Assembly (NCBI RefSeq): GCF_018977255.1
Contig: NW_024704742.1
Location: forward strand, 66,900,001 to 66,964,000
DNA: 64,000 nt
Direction of reading: 5' to 3'
DNA from: Callorhinchus milii
Taxonomy: Eukaryota
Below, piece by piece: positions 52,601 to 64,000 of the stretch. A program made the translations under genes and the position numbers. The notes beneath the pieces are model-generated. The model was not told the origin of the DNA. It searched no databases and saw nothing but the letters and a program-made list of their open reading frames with translations. The first letter of the stretch is position 1, and each line of letters opens with the position of its first letter.

Positions 52601-53614
52601 AGGTTGGACATTGCTGTGCGTAACTCAGCTGCTGCATTTTTCTACAGATACGCAGTCACTCCACTTCACAGCAAATCTTGTGAAGAACTTAGAGACATCC
52701 TCCCAACATGAAAGGTGCTTTACCAAATGCAAGGATTATTGTAGCTATCACCAAAAGTAATTTTAACATAGCTCAGAGGACTGGGTGAAGTCTACCCTTT
52801 TAGTGTGAACAGATTGTCAAACTCAGTAGCACAGGAGATTTCCATGTGTAGGCGGGATGCTTGGAATTCTCAGTTTGGTTTGGATACTCTTTAGCATGGT
52901 GATAGGTTTCCGTATGCATCAGACACCCGGCTGACCCCAAAAAGCCAGTAGGAGGGATCCTGAGAAGTTGGTGGTACCTATGAAATGCAGTAGCACCCAT
53001 CTGGTGCAGTGCTTCAATCTTAAATTTCCAATCTAATTGAGACTGTGCGTAGTATTAAAATTGTCTGTTTTCTTTTAGGAAGAAAGAACCAGCTGGTAAA
53101 TTAACTGATATCTCGAGATTATTTTAATTGTTAGCACCAGAGGGAGCCATTACATTAATGTCGATGCCATTTTATGTCTTCCGGGGTTAGCATTCCTTGT
53201 GTTGCTGTAGGAGATTTTTATTGCTATATTTTAAAAACCAAACCAATAGTGAGTTCTGTGTTGTAAATTTATAGCTAGTGTGTTTAATCAAATTAAAGTT
53301 AAATTGGACTGAATAATTTTAACACTCATCAGTAGTAATTAGTGTACAGTATACAACATGTGTGAGTTCCAGAAGTCCCCATATGTTTCTGATGATAAAC
53401 CTGAGAATTTCACAAATACTTTTCCTGCAGATTTCGAGCTACTGGACATAATGATGGTGTGTTTAATGCGACAGCCTGTGACCGCATTCACACTGACGAG
53501 CTAAATAGTTTTAAATTCACCCTTTGAAATAACCTTTATGAAGAAACACTGGGATGTAAATAAAACAGTTTAATTTGTCTAAATCCATTTTCTCCATTCA
53601 TACATAAATAATTA

Positions 53615-53777
53615 TAGAAAAACTTGCATAAGTCTGATCTCTAATCGCCTAAGTTGTACATCTGCCCAAGTCCTATTCAAGAGTTTGTATTCTATGCAAG
53701 TTTGGCATAACTCATACTTTGCATAAGTCTTATTAAATGTATGGTCCCAACTGATACAACATATGTGAGGTTTATTG
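53615..53777 (-). mobile_element. Short, internally deleted copy of the MITE
   Basis: TA-flanked TIRs; its reverse complement aligns with 58689-58840. Confidence 0.65.
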
Positions 53778-55872
53778 TAAAGTAGCTAATTGTCAGCAAA
53801 AATATTCAGTACAATTTTACCTGCTGTGACAACCCCTCCAATTCCAGCACAAACACAGTTTTATTCAGATAGTGCACCTTTAAGTTGCTAAAGGCTTAGG
53901 GATCTTGATTCACAAAATTAATTGGGTCCAATCAACATTTAAAGAACAACTTGCATTTTATATAGCGCTCTTCACATAGGCTAATGTCTCAAAGGACATC
54001 ACAGTGTCAGATATCGTTGGATGTTAAACAAGAATTGGTTTTAAGGTGGGATTTGAAGACAGAAAAGGGACAAGTCGGAGGGGCCAAGGGGAGGAGTTTG
54101 AGGTTTACGGTGTAGAACTGCTTAAAACAAATGATGCTTTTGTTGCAAATTAGTGTGAATTATTTCGCCCAATCAATTCACTTTACAGAATATTCTACGA
54201 AGTACTTTGAGATGCCTCGATGATGTGATAAGGTGCTATATCAAATGCAAGGATTATTATTATTTGCTTATACACTCAGGTAATGTCGATCTGAATAGTT
54301 CATGATCTGAATAGTTGCTTCTTGGACCTGCAGATTATTACTTCTGAAAAAAATAATAAAAGCACTTTAGTATGTTTTCCCAGTTCGCTCATTATACACA
54401 AGGCTAGATAACATCTGTATTCCACAGCACAGATAATCCTGTTTTAACCACAATTTACAGAACTGAAGCAGTTCCTATCAAACTCGCCTCAATGAAGTGC
54501 ATGAAGTACCTTTAATCATGCTGTGGCTGAGAGGTTGCTATTTTTCACAAAATTAGCACAAAATGTTTTATTGCATCAGTTGACAATCAAATTGGTTTAG
54601 ACAAAATGTATTTCTGGAATGTCTGCTGTCAACAGTCTAAAAATGTTAGTGAACACAATTTGAAGAGAATAGAGTCAAAAGATTGCTGCCTGGCAAGGAA
54701 TTTAGAGCAAGTTAGGTCCAGTACTTTCATTTTTGAGCTCACAATAATTAACATGGAGACTGGTGGCCAGTCATTGTCTCTGCCAAAGAGAGCATGCTGA
54801 CCTTTTTGTGCGTTTTGCTGGAAAATCTTTTCGTGATTTGATGAGACTATTTTTCTGCCTGTTTTGATTCTTTTGATTTTTCTTGTTTTGTTATGTGCGA
54901 TCTTCATATTTTCTGATTGGGTCATTTGCATCGTCATTAAATTCCATGTTGCCTATTCATTAAGTCAGGCAACACCATTTTACTCACCAGGTCCTGTTTC
55001 AGGTACTGGGTGAAATACTTCTGAGCCTTAGCAGATGGGACATTGTTGTTTCTCCATACTGACAGTGCAGGCAGGATGTCTACCCATGGTCAATCGCTTT
55101 GGCTTGTTCAGTGTGATTAGTGAGGATAGCTTCAATACCTCCAGTACATAATGGAAGAAAAAATATATCATCACTCTGACTGCAATACCCACCCCCAGCA
55201 CTGCTCAATGTCTGTAGAATCAAGAAAAACCCAGAGCCATTGGCCCCATGCAGATATGGTGGCTTCCAACCCCAGATTCCAGAAGACTTGCAAGATGGCT
55301 TTGGTAATTGGGGTATCCACATTCATTCTGCACAAAACATCAGCTTGGCAGACCCAGAGCGTCTGCCTGAAGACTCAATGACCCCCAACTTGTGATAACC
55401 AAAGGAAATCCTTGATGTCAGTGAAGCCATGAGCCTCAAGTAAGTAGAAAATTATTCTTCTGTATTGTCAAACTTGATATGCCCCCAAAATAGAGGGCTT
55501 TTTGTGTTTTTACTGACCCCCCCGGTAGCAATCACATAAAATATCTGTTTAGGGAATGTAATAATTCTTGTATTTGATATTGCGTCTTATCATGTCTTCG
55601 AGGCATTTCAAAGCACTTCACAGCATATACTGTAAAGTAAATCGACTGTATATTGTATGCGAACACAGCAGCCAATTGCGCACATGTCCCACAAACAGTC
55701 GTGGGCGGCTATTCACAGATAGAGAATATGTTGATAGATTGAGAGACCTGAGCAGCAAAAGGAAGACAGACCAATAAGACGAGGCCGACACAAACAAAGG
55801 GAGGCTGAAGCAGATAGTTTTTATAAAGGATGTTTTATCGAGTGGCCTTGAATGTAGATACTGTTGTTATTC

Positions 55873-56200
55873 TAATAATACTCCTTGCATTTGATATAGA
55901 CCCTTATCACATCATTGAGACGTTTCAAAGCGCTTCACAGAATATACTGTGAAGTGAATTGACTGTACATTTGTGGGCGAAACGCATCAATTAATTGCGC
56001 ACAGCAGTGTCTCCCAAGTAGTCGTGAATTACTACATTTTTTTTGTGAAGGGATTGTTACCTCCAGAAATCATCTAACAACCGGATACCTACTTACTGCT
56101 AGATAAACAGAGTTGTGTGGTGCAAGCAATCCTACCTGGGAAGTGAAACTGGGTCCTCTTGCTTGCAAGGCGAGCGCTCTTACCAATATGCTACAAAACT
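55873..56200 (-). mobile_element. SINE family A
   Basis: Same head, core and tail as the other copies. Confidence 0.85.
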
Positions 56201-56904
56201 CTGGAATCTATTGGTGAAGACAAATCTAGAAGAAATGTTATCAGGAAAAGACGATAGTTTTTTTTCCCAGTCATTTGTTGTAATGATTCATCAGCAGAAA
56301 TATTAGGTACATGGGTTCTGAGATTTGGGCTCTCGTGAGATACAAGTGCAGAAGATTGCTCAGACTTGTCAGTGACCTTATCAGTGACCTGATTTAATAA
56401 GCCACAAGAGGTAAAAGGCTAAATTCTATTAATTTTGTTCAGTGAAAAAAATGTTTGGACTGCAGTTTGTAGTAGAAGTTTTTTACAATTATGTCAAATT
56501 TGGGGCTATATTCTTCTCACTCGCCCTCACCCTCTTCTCTTACATAAATGTATACATTATACACTCTAGCATACCATACTAAATCTGCTAAGAAAAGAAA
56601 GTGTCAGCATTACAGATGCTGTGTCATCAAGGCAGTATAGCATTTTACAGGTTGCACCTGCCACAGTCAGTGAGAGGAAAACTGCTGCACAAAAGATACA
56701 GATCTTGTTGTTTGTTCCCACAAAACCACGCTTTAAAAATCAAATGATAGTTGGGTGTTACCGGTGAACTTGGCTCCTCTCCCCCTTGTTTTTTGCTGAA
56801 ATGTTATTTCCAGTTCGCAAGATGAGAAATATTTTGAATGTTAATTGCAAGGACTTTCTGCCCCATCCCCACTCCCGCAAGCTTTAGGAGAATTGGTTTG
56901 GATC

Positions 56905-57262
56905 TAATAATTCTAGCATTTGATATAGCACCTTATCACATCGCTCAGACGTCACAAAGCACTTCATAAAATATACTGTAAAGTGAATTGACTATATATT
57001 TTGTGGGTGAAACACGGCAGTCAATTGCACACAGCAGTGTCACGCAAACAGTGGGAATGACAGGATTGAGTGACCAATTTTTTTAAGGAACTATTCCCCT
57101 CGGAAAGCGATCTGCCAATCTACTAACAACTGGGTTTCTACTACTGAAGGTAAACCGAAGCATGTGGAGTAAGGAAACTTGCCTAAGGTTTTGCCCTGTT
57201 CGGGAATCAAACCCGGGTCCTCTCGCTTGCAAGGCTAGTGCTTTAACTAATATGGTACGGGA
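56905..57262 (-). mobile_element. SINE family A, full length
   Basis: Same head, core and tail as the other copies. Confidence 0.87.
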
Positions 57263-57400
57263 CTTGACAAAGTAAAGCAGGTAACTTGCTAATACTGTGA
57301 CATGGAAAGTCCAATACATAAAGCTTCAGGCCTTGTTGTTGTGATGGAGTAATGTCTTAGTTATGGACAAGCTGTAATTGTCAACATGGAAGTGTATTAT

Positions 57401-57912
57401 TAACAACAACAACAACAAGATTACATTTATAGAGCGCCTTTCACGTCGGGAGGACGTCCCAAGGCGCTGGACAGTTGGGTCGGGACACGAGCAGGGGGGA
57501 AATGGTCAGGGTGAAGGGAGGGAGCGAGGAGAGGGTAGAGAGTCGAGAGGGGAGGTGAAGGCACGGTTGAAGAGAAAGGTCTTGATTCCAGCCTTGAAGG
57601 AGGAAAGGGAGGAGGCGGCGAAGGCACTGGGGGATGGAGTTCCAGAGCATAGGGGCTGAGAGGCTGAAGGCCCGGCCACCGATGGTAGGGCGGTTGGGGC
57701 GGGGGATGTGGAGCAAACTGGAGCCAGAGGAACGGAGGGTACGGGCAGGTAAGTAGGGGAATAGTAGGTCGGAGAGGTAGGAGGGAGCGAGGCCGTGAAT
57801 GGCCTTGTAGGTGAGGATGAGGATCTTGAATTCAATCCTCTGGGGAATGAGGAGCCAGTGGAGGCGAGTGAGGGTGGGAGTGATGTAGTCACGAAGCCTG
57901 GTGCGGGACAGC
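57401..57912 (-). mobile_element. Young L2 3' fragment
   Basis: Track ORF 57441..58013 ([33 protein letters not shown]); perfect tail hairpin at 57433-57468; (CAA)n. Confidence 0.94.
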
Positions 57913-58688
57913 ACACAATACCAGAGATGGCTATTTTCACCCCAATAAGTGAAACATATGCAAGTAATCACTACAGTACCCAAGCTATGCAATGGAGCTA
58001 ATCCAAGTAACACTACAATTTGAAAAGAAACGAGTAAAAATCAAATTCTTCCATCTGTTACTTGAGAGATTAAGTCAGGCTGGTAAGGATTTCTCTGTGT
58101 TTGGTAGATGAACCAAACGCTTCAAGCTCCACAGATTAATTTCTCTCAGTGCACATCAGGTCGCTGGGACACTGCCAAATATATTGAACTACATTATTTC
58201 CTGCTTCCTATGTGAATTCAGGACCAGGATTCAAATATTAGTATTTTTGAGTATAGACTTTATATTGGCCTTATTAAACTGTTATTAACCAATGCAAATA
58301 TGGTTTTAAAAGACGCGTTAGAATAAACATTTTTGGGGGGAAAATAGTGTATTTAATGTTTATTTTTAATAATTCTAATCTTGGCTTTGGTAGTTTTAAT
58401 ATTAACTTTGTAGGAAATTGAGCGATTCTGATACTTGAATAAGTTTGCTTTGTCAGTACTGATACTTCTTTAGTATCTTGATGCGTGAACTAAAAACTTG
58501 TAGAAGCTGTCAGCCCACAGACTTTTTCAGAAAGCAGTAGCAGTCCTGATGGTTAAATATTGTTACAGCTGTTAAAGGCCCAAGATAGCTGACTAACTTT
58601 AAGGGTACACTTCCAAATTAAAGAAAAAAATTGCAAATGCAAAGTAACTGGCATAACCCTCTATTTATGCATTAATATATGCAAAATA

Positions 58689-58840
58689 TAGTAAACCTCA
58701 CATAAGTTGTGCAAGTGGGACCATACAGATAATATCAAATATGCAAAGTATGAATATAAACTCTTGAACGGGACTTGGACAGGTGTATGATTTAGGCTAT
58801 TAAACGATTTATACATATCAGACTTAAGTGAGTTTTGCTG
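58689..58840 (+). mobile_element. Short, internally deleted copy of the MITE
   Basis: TA|TAGTAAACCTCACATAAG ... CTTAAGTGAGTTTTGCTG|TA. Confidence 0.65.
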
Positions 58841-59601
58841 TATATTAAGCCATGAAACAGATTTTTTTGTATATTGATGTTTTTGCCAGAAATTCTAGGT
58901 GAGTTCATAAAGCTGATTGCTAGATTGGTTTAGATGAAGAAGGCCTTTTGGTCATTTGATTTTATCCTTCCAGATTGCCGATTCTTTGTCGCTTTCTCAC
59001 TCTCTAAGGATATATTTTTAACAATACATGGACTTAAAGCAGTTGCATTGTACTGTATTTTAATGAGAATAGGAGACTGTTGTACAGTATTGATGTTACC
59101 ACCACATGTCACAAGCAGTGTGCTTACTTGTAAAGCAGGATTTGCACATCAAGGCTAGATTTTCTTGTTGGGATCTTTGCATATTTTTAAAGTTACAGCT
59201 GATGGTCATGTTAGCTTGTCACCAACTAAAAGGATTATCATGTTAAAACAAATGATAATCTTTATTTGTCACCAGGTTAAAACAATTTCCTTGCTAAAAC
59301 CAATAGCTTGCTACCCAATTGACAAAATAGAGTGTTTAGCCCTAACAAGGAACACTCTCCTAACTATCCAGTGTCAGAAGTGGTACAATATTTTAGCATT
59401 ATTATTGCTCAATTTTTTTTAATGGCTAGAATGTCTCCAAAAGCATTGGAGTCATCATGGCACGCCTTCAGCTTTGAAAGACAGTGCCAGCATTCATCCA
59501 TTGCAGCTCTTGATCAGTGGATCAGATGGATTGAGTCACACAGGCTAAGGGAATTGCCATGGAGCACATCTAACAATGTGGTATTAGCATGAATATCTGC
59601 T

Positions 59602-59917
59602 TTAATAATAATAATCCTTGCATTTGATATAGTGCTTTTCACGTCTTCTAGACGTCCCAAAGCGCTTCACAGAATATACTGTAAAGTGAATTGACTGTAT
59701 ATTTGTGGGCGAACGAGCCAGCCAATTGCGCACAGCAGTGTCCCACAAACAGTCATGGATTGAAAATGACCAATTTATTATTGTTTTATTTTTTGGAGGG
59801 ATTATTATTAGGCGTGTGGAGTAAGGAAACTTGCCCAAGGTTTCGCACTGCCTGGAATTGAACTCAGGTCTCTCACTTGCAAAACAAGTGCTCTAACCAC
59901 TGAACTACAGGACTCCA
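59602..59917 (-). mobile_element. SINE family A with an internal deletion
   Basis: Same head and tail; the middle segment is missing at about 59810. Confidence 0.85.
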
Positions 59918-59994
59918 CTATCATGTCAGTTACATGTTTTCTCTCTTTGGCCCATCTCCCCTACCCCCCCCCCCCCCCACCATGTTCACTGAGT

Positions 59995-60955
59995 ACTTTT
60001 ATGAACCCCTCCAATCGTGTTTCTGTGCTGCCCACAGCACGGAAACAGCCCTGGTCAAGGTGACGAATTACATTCTCGCCGTCTGTTACCGGGGCTCCCT
60101 GTCTCCTCGTCCTCCACGATAGGCTCGCACTAGCGCCTCCGCACCTCAGGCACTGGCAGCACTAGCATTCAAGGATTCACACTCCACCTCACCAAACCAG
60201 TCAGGAATGTGGGCATCTTGTTCGACCCTCCACTGTCTTCTCCCCAACATACATGCCATGAACTGCTCTGCCTTTCCCCACCTCCACAACATTGCCCGAC
60301 TCCACCACTGCCTCACCCCTCAGGCAGCCGAAACCCTCATACATGCCTTCATTATAACCAGGCTTGACTATCCCAATGCCCTGCTTGTCGGCCTTGCCTA
60401 CTCTTCCTTCCACAAGCTGCAGATCATCCAGAATTCTGCAGCTCATGTCCTCTCCCTTACCAGGCTCCGTGACCCCATCACATCCACCCTCACCCGGATC
60501 CACTGGCACCCCATCCCTCAGAGGATCGAGTTCAAAATTCTTGTCCTCACCTTCAAGGCCCTCCATGGCCTTGCCCCCTCCTACCTCTCCGACCTGCTAA
60601 CCCCTTATCAACCTATCCGCTTCCTTCTGCTCAGCAGGCTCTGGCCCGGTCCATGTAGCCCGCCCGGCCCGCCACACCTTCGGCAGTTGAGTCTTCAGCC
60701 TCTCTGCCCTGACTCTCTGGAACTCCATCCCACATTCCCTTTGCCTCGCTTCCTCCCTTGCCTCCTTCAAGGCACACCTCAAGACCCTCCTCTTCAACTG
60801 TGGCTTCGGCCACCCTCCTACCCACACTCTCCCTGCCTTCCACACTCCCTGATACCAACCCCACCCCCTGGCTCGGGTCCTCATCCTGGACTGTTCAGCA
60901 CTTTGAGACATCCTCCTGACGTGAAAGGTGCTTTACAAATGTAATTTTGTATTGT
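59995..60955 (+). mobile_element. L2 fragment with an internal deletion of the RT core
   Basis: [14 protein letters not shown] jumps at about 60115 directly to IGSH.RLRT; continues to the tail at 60895-60955. Confidence 0.88.
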
Positions 60956-61091
60956 ACATAATTTATTGAGTGGATGTTGTCGAACAACTGGAATGGAGAA
61001 TGTGTCGGGATCCATAGAGATGTGCGAACAGAAACACAGTGTTGATAAAGGTAATTGAACGTACCCAAAACTTGTTTTATAATATTCCTTT

Positions 61092-61470
61092 GTCAGCCTG
61101 GCGCAGTGGTAGTGCTCTTGCCTCTGAGTCAGAAGATTGTGGGTTCAAGCCCCACGTTGGTACTGGAATCACATGGTCTAAACTGACACTCCAATGCAGC
61201 GCTGAGGGTATATTGCTTTGTCGGAGGTGCCGTCTGCTTATTCCGGTGGACGTTAAAGATCCCATGGTACTATTCGAAAAGAGAAGGGCATTTGTCCTGG
61301 CCGCCAATCTCACAAATAAAATTTGTCATTCACTTTTTGGGACATTGTTGTTCGCAACTGGCTGCCACACTTCGCCCATAAAATACAGTCAATCTCCTTT
61401 ATAGCGTATCCTGCAAAGCACTTTGAGACTTCTCAACAACGTGATAACGCATTATGTCAAATGCAATTTT
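61092..61470 (+). mobile_element. tRNA-derived SINE, family B (SacSINE/Deu-like)
   Basis: Head TGGCGCAGTGGTAGTGCTCTTGCCTCTGAGTCAGAAGATTGTGGGTTCAAGCCC, body CTGACACTCCAATGCAG..GGAGGTGCCGTC..AAAGATCCCATGG, and the same tail as family A. Confidence 0.85.
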
Positions 61471-64000
61471 TTTTGTACAGAAAGATATGCAGTTTGATTT
61501 TTACATCAAAAGTTTTTTGAGAGTTATTTTTTAACATACAGGGAACCTGAACAAGACAATAAACATACTGTGCGCTCTAAGTGTTAAAGACCACTTAGGC
61601 AGGTGTTGCTCAGTTTCCACAACATCTGCTTATTGCTTTTTGTTCACTTTATCCAACCTGCAGATGGTCTTGTTTGCCCATTTCTGTAGGCGGTTCTACA
61701 AATCCTCTATCTTTTTGTTCTTTTTTTTTGAACCATGTTGATGGACTAACATTTGAGCATGCCCATTTATCAAACCAACTAATCTAGTAATGGTTATTTC
61801 ATGTTGTTATAAATGGAAACAGCTGCGTTCTATCTATCGTTGCCTAAATGGTTGCAGGTTCTCTAGCCCTTTCCAAAGTTTTGAGACGATGGGATGTACA
61901 GAAAATTAATGGCTTGTGATTTCTATTTTAACAGTATTTGTTGTTATTACAATTTGTGGCCAAGTACAAAAGATGCAAGCATTATAATTTGCTGTTCTGA
62001 GGTGTGAGTGGATATATCTCATTATTTTCTTGGGTTTGGGTGGGAGGGCAAGCGTCAGCAGGGTTGGCTCCAAGGTAACATATGTGGTAACAGAATGTTG
62101 AAATCAAGTCGGTCCTCTGTGGCAATCTCAGTAGTCCAATTCCTGAAGGAGCCAGGACCACAGTTCTTCAGGGGATTATGGACGCAGGGTAATTTCCATG
62201 TGTATGCAGCATACATATGTGAAACCCTGTCTGGATTGGATACTCTTAAGCATGGTGATGGGTTTCCGCACATGTCTGACACCCGCTAACCAAAAATAAT
62301 TGGGGAGAAAACACACTCAATTGCCTTGAAAATACCTAAAAAGTTAACACTATTATTGAATTCCATGCTTCATTTGTATTGTGTTAACATTTATGAAACT
62401 AACATGCAAATTTTAAATAAAAGATAGGATAAGAGGTTATTAGGATAGGTCAGGAGGTTGCCCTGATGTGAAAGGTGAAATTCAACTTCTTGTTGAAACA
62501 GTTGATACTTAACATACATACAGGTGTCTAAACTGTCTTGTTTTGAATAAATAGTGCCAAAGAATCATCCCTGTGTCTCAATTTCTATATGAAGATCATT
62601 CTGTTTTAATTAATACGTTTTCTTTTTCTTATGCAGCCTAGTCATAGCAACCAGTGAGGCATATTCCTCCTGGGTGTTGTATGTCTCTAAGCATTGGTGG
62701 TAATGTTCAGAGATTGCTACAACCAGATGTTGGTTAATTTACTTGACCTAAGCCATGCCCCATGTATGTAGTAGTTGCATATTTCATAACGGGAGAAAGG
62801 CGCATTGTGAAGATAGACTCCTACTCTTAAGAACCAAGGAAAATATCTGGTTTCTTACTATTATTTTAGGTCTGAGCAGTAATTTTAGATCAATGTAACA
62901 TCAGAAGTCCTGAATAGTACCTTTAAAACAAGTAAATGTAATACTTTTAACATCTTAAAGTAACAAGATGGGTTACCTTGAATTACTTGGAGTGATACAA
63001 CATGGAAACAGGCCATAGAATGCTGACATTCAATTTATTTTGCTTTGGTGATTTAGATGAGGAAGGTATATTGGCCAGGACATCAGTAGAACTTCCTGCT
63101 CCAATTGAAAATTGTTCCATGGGATCTTTAATGTTCATCCAAACGGACAGGCAGGGGAGACCTTGGTTTATTTGTGTAACATCATTGCTAATTGCATTAA
63201 TTAAACTTCAGAAAATTGAAAGATCTCTCCACCTGGCTGGTCAAATTTGCTAAGAAGCATAAACTCAAAGATTTTAACCAGATTCAATTTTGGGTAGATT
63301 GAAAAGAAATTCACAGAGAGGGTTATAACAATAGGGATTACGTTGTCACAAGTAGGCATCGAAACCAAAACCACAGCATGCAAAGGGAATCGGATAGATA
63401 TTTGTGGAGGAATGCAAGGCAGTCCCATTAATAACATGGATGTATGGGTCCAGAAGGTCAGACATCATATTAAAAAAGTAGGAAGAATGGCTAATTTCTG
63501 GGTCTTTGGCTACTGCCAACATCCCTTTGGCGTGTTGCACACTATACACAGGAAGCGCTGCTGACATTATTTCCCTCTGTGCTGTGCATCAGGTGCCATG
63601 TGAAAGCAATGCCACCGATATTGCCTCCTTTAGTGCATCATGGGCACGGGCAACGGGCAAGAAGCTACTTTGGCGCTTGATGACACCGAAGTCAGCCGTT
63701 TGTTAGGGCAGGAAGCTGGCCAGTCCGCACTGGAAGCCCATAGAGCCCCCACATTAAAATCCGACCCATGCCCAATAACAGGGTTCGCTTTAATAAGATA
63801 CGGGGAAAGAATGGAGAATTGTGATGAGAATAGTGGAGGAGCTGAGATCAGGATAGGGTCAAAGGGCCGAATGACCTCCTTCTGTGTTATAATTTCGATG
63901 ATTCTATGTTGTGATGGTATAAGTTATAACTTCAGGATTTTTTTTTGTTGGTACTATTGTTGTCTATTCTGAAAGCAACGGCAGTGATTGAAGCCCTCCT

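Noticed and set aside
42657..64000. Next CtBP exon (IRPPIMNGP..LLDGRDC) or a RIBEYE A-domain-like exon
   Set aside because: No matching sequence or long non-repeat ORF was seen; the GATGCCAGAGACTGC look-alike at about 50050 lacks the surrounding homology.

Overview
This is eukaryotic, intron-rich vertebrate DNA. The repeat content (L2 LINEs with partner tRNA/Deu-type SINEs, plus shark-type CR1) points to a cartilaginous fish, probably a holocephalan (inference). Two genes lie head-to-head. MAEA is on the minus strand, with coding exon 1 at 14550-14618 and exon 2 at 13089-13271; later exons were not found and presumably lie left of the window. A CtBP gene is on the plus strand, assigned as CTBP1 by synteny with MAEA. 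It has a candidate non-coding exon 1 ending at 23764, a non-coding exon at 32321-32408, and a first coding exon at 42477-42656 encoding MEKHKVKRQRLDRMLE, a CtBP2-type NLS N-terminus. Between the two genes, at about 15560-16234 (-), is a decayed otopetrin (OTOP1-like proton channel) exon. It carries frameshifts and a SINE-tail insertion and is truncated right at the MAEA promoter, and the ORF track shows it only as scattered fragments. The rest is intronic or intergenic: a near-full-length degenerate CR1, a young 5'-truncated L2, internally deleted L2s, many SINEs, a Tigger/pogo-like MITE family, and a 0.7-kb G-rich minisatellite in the putative CTBP1 5' exon. Most ORFs in the supplied track are spurious or repeat-derived.
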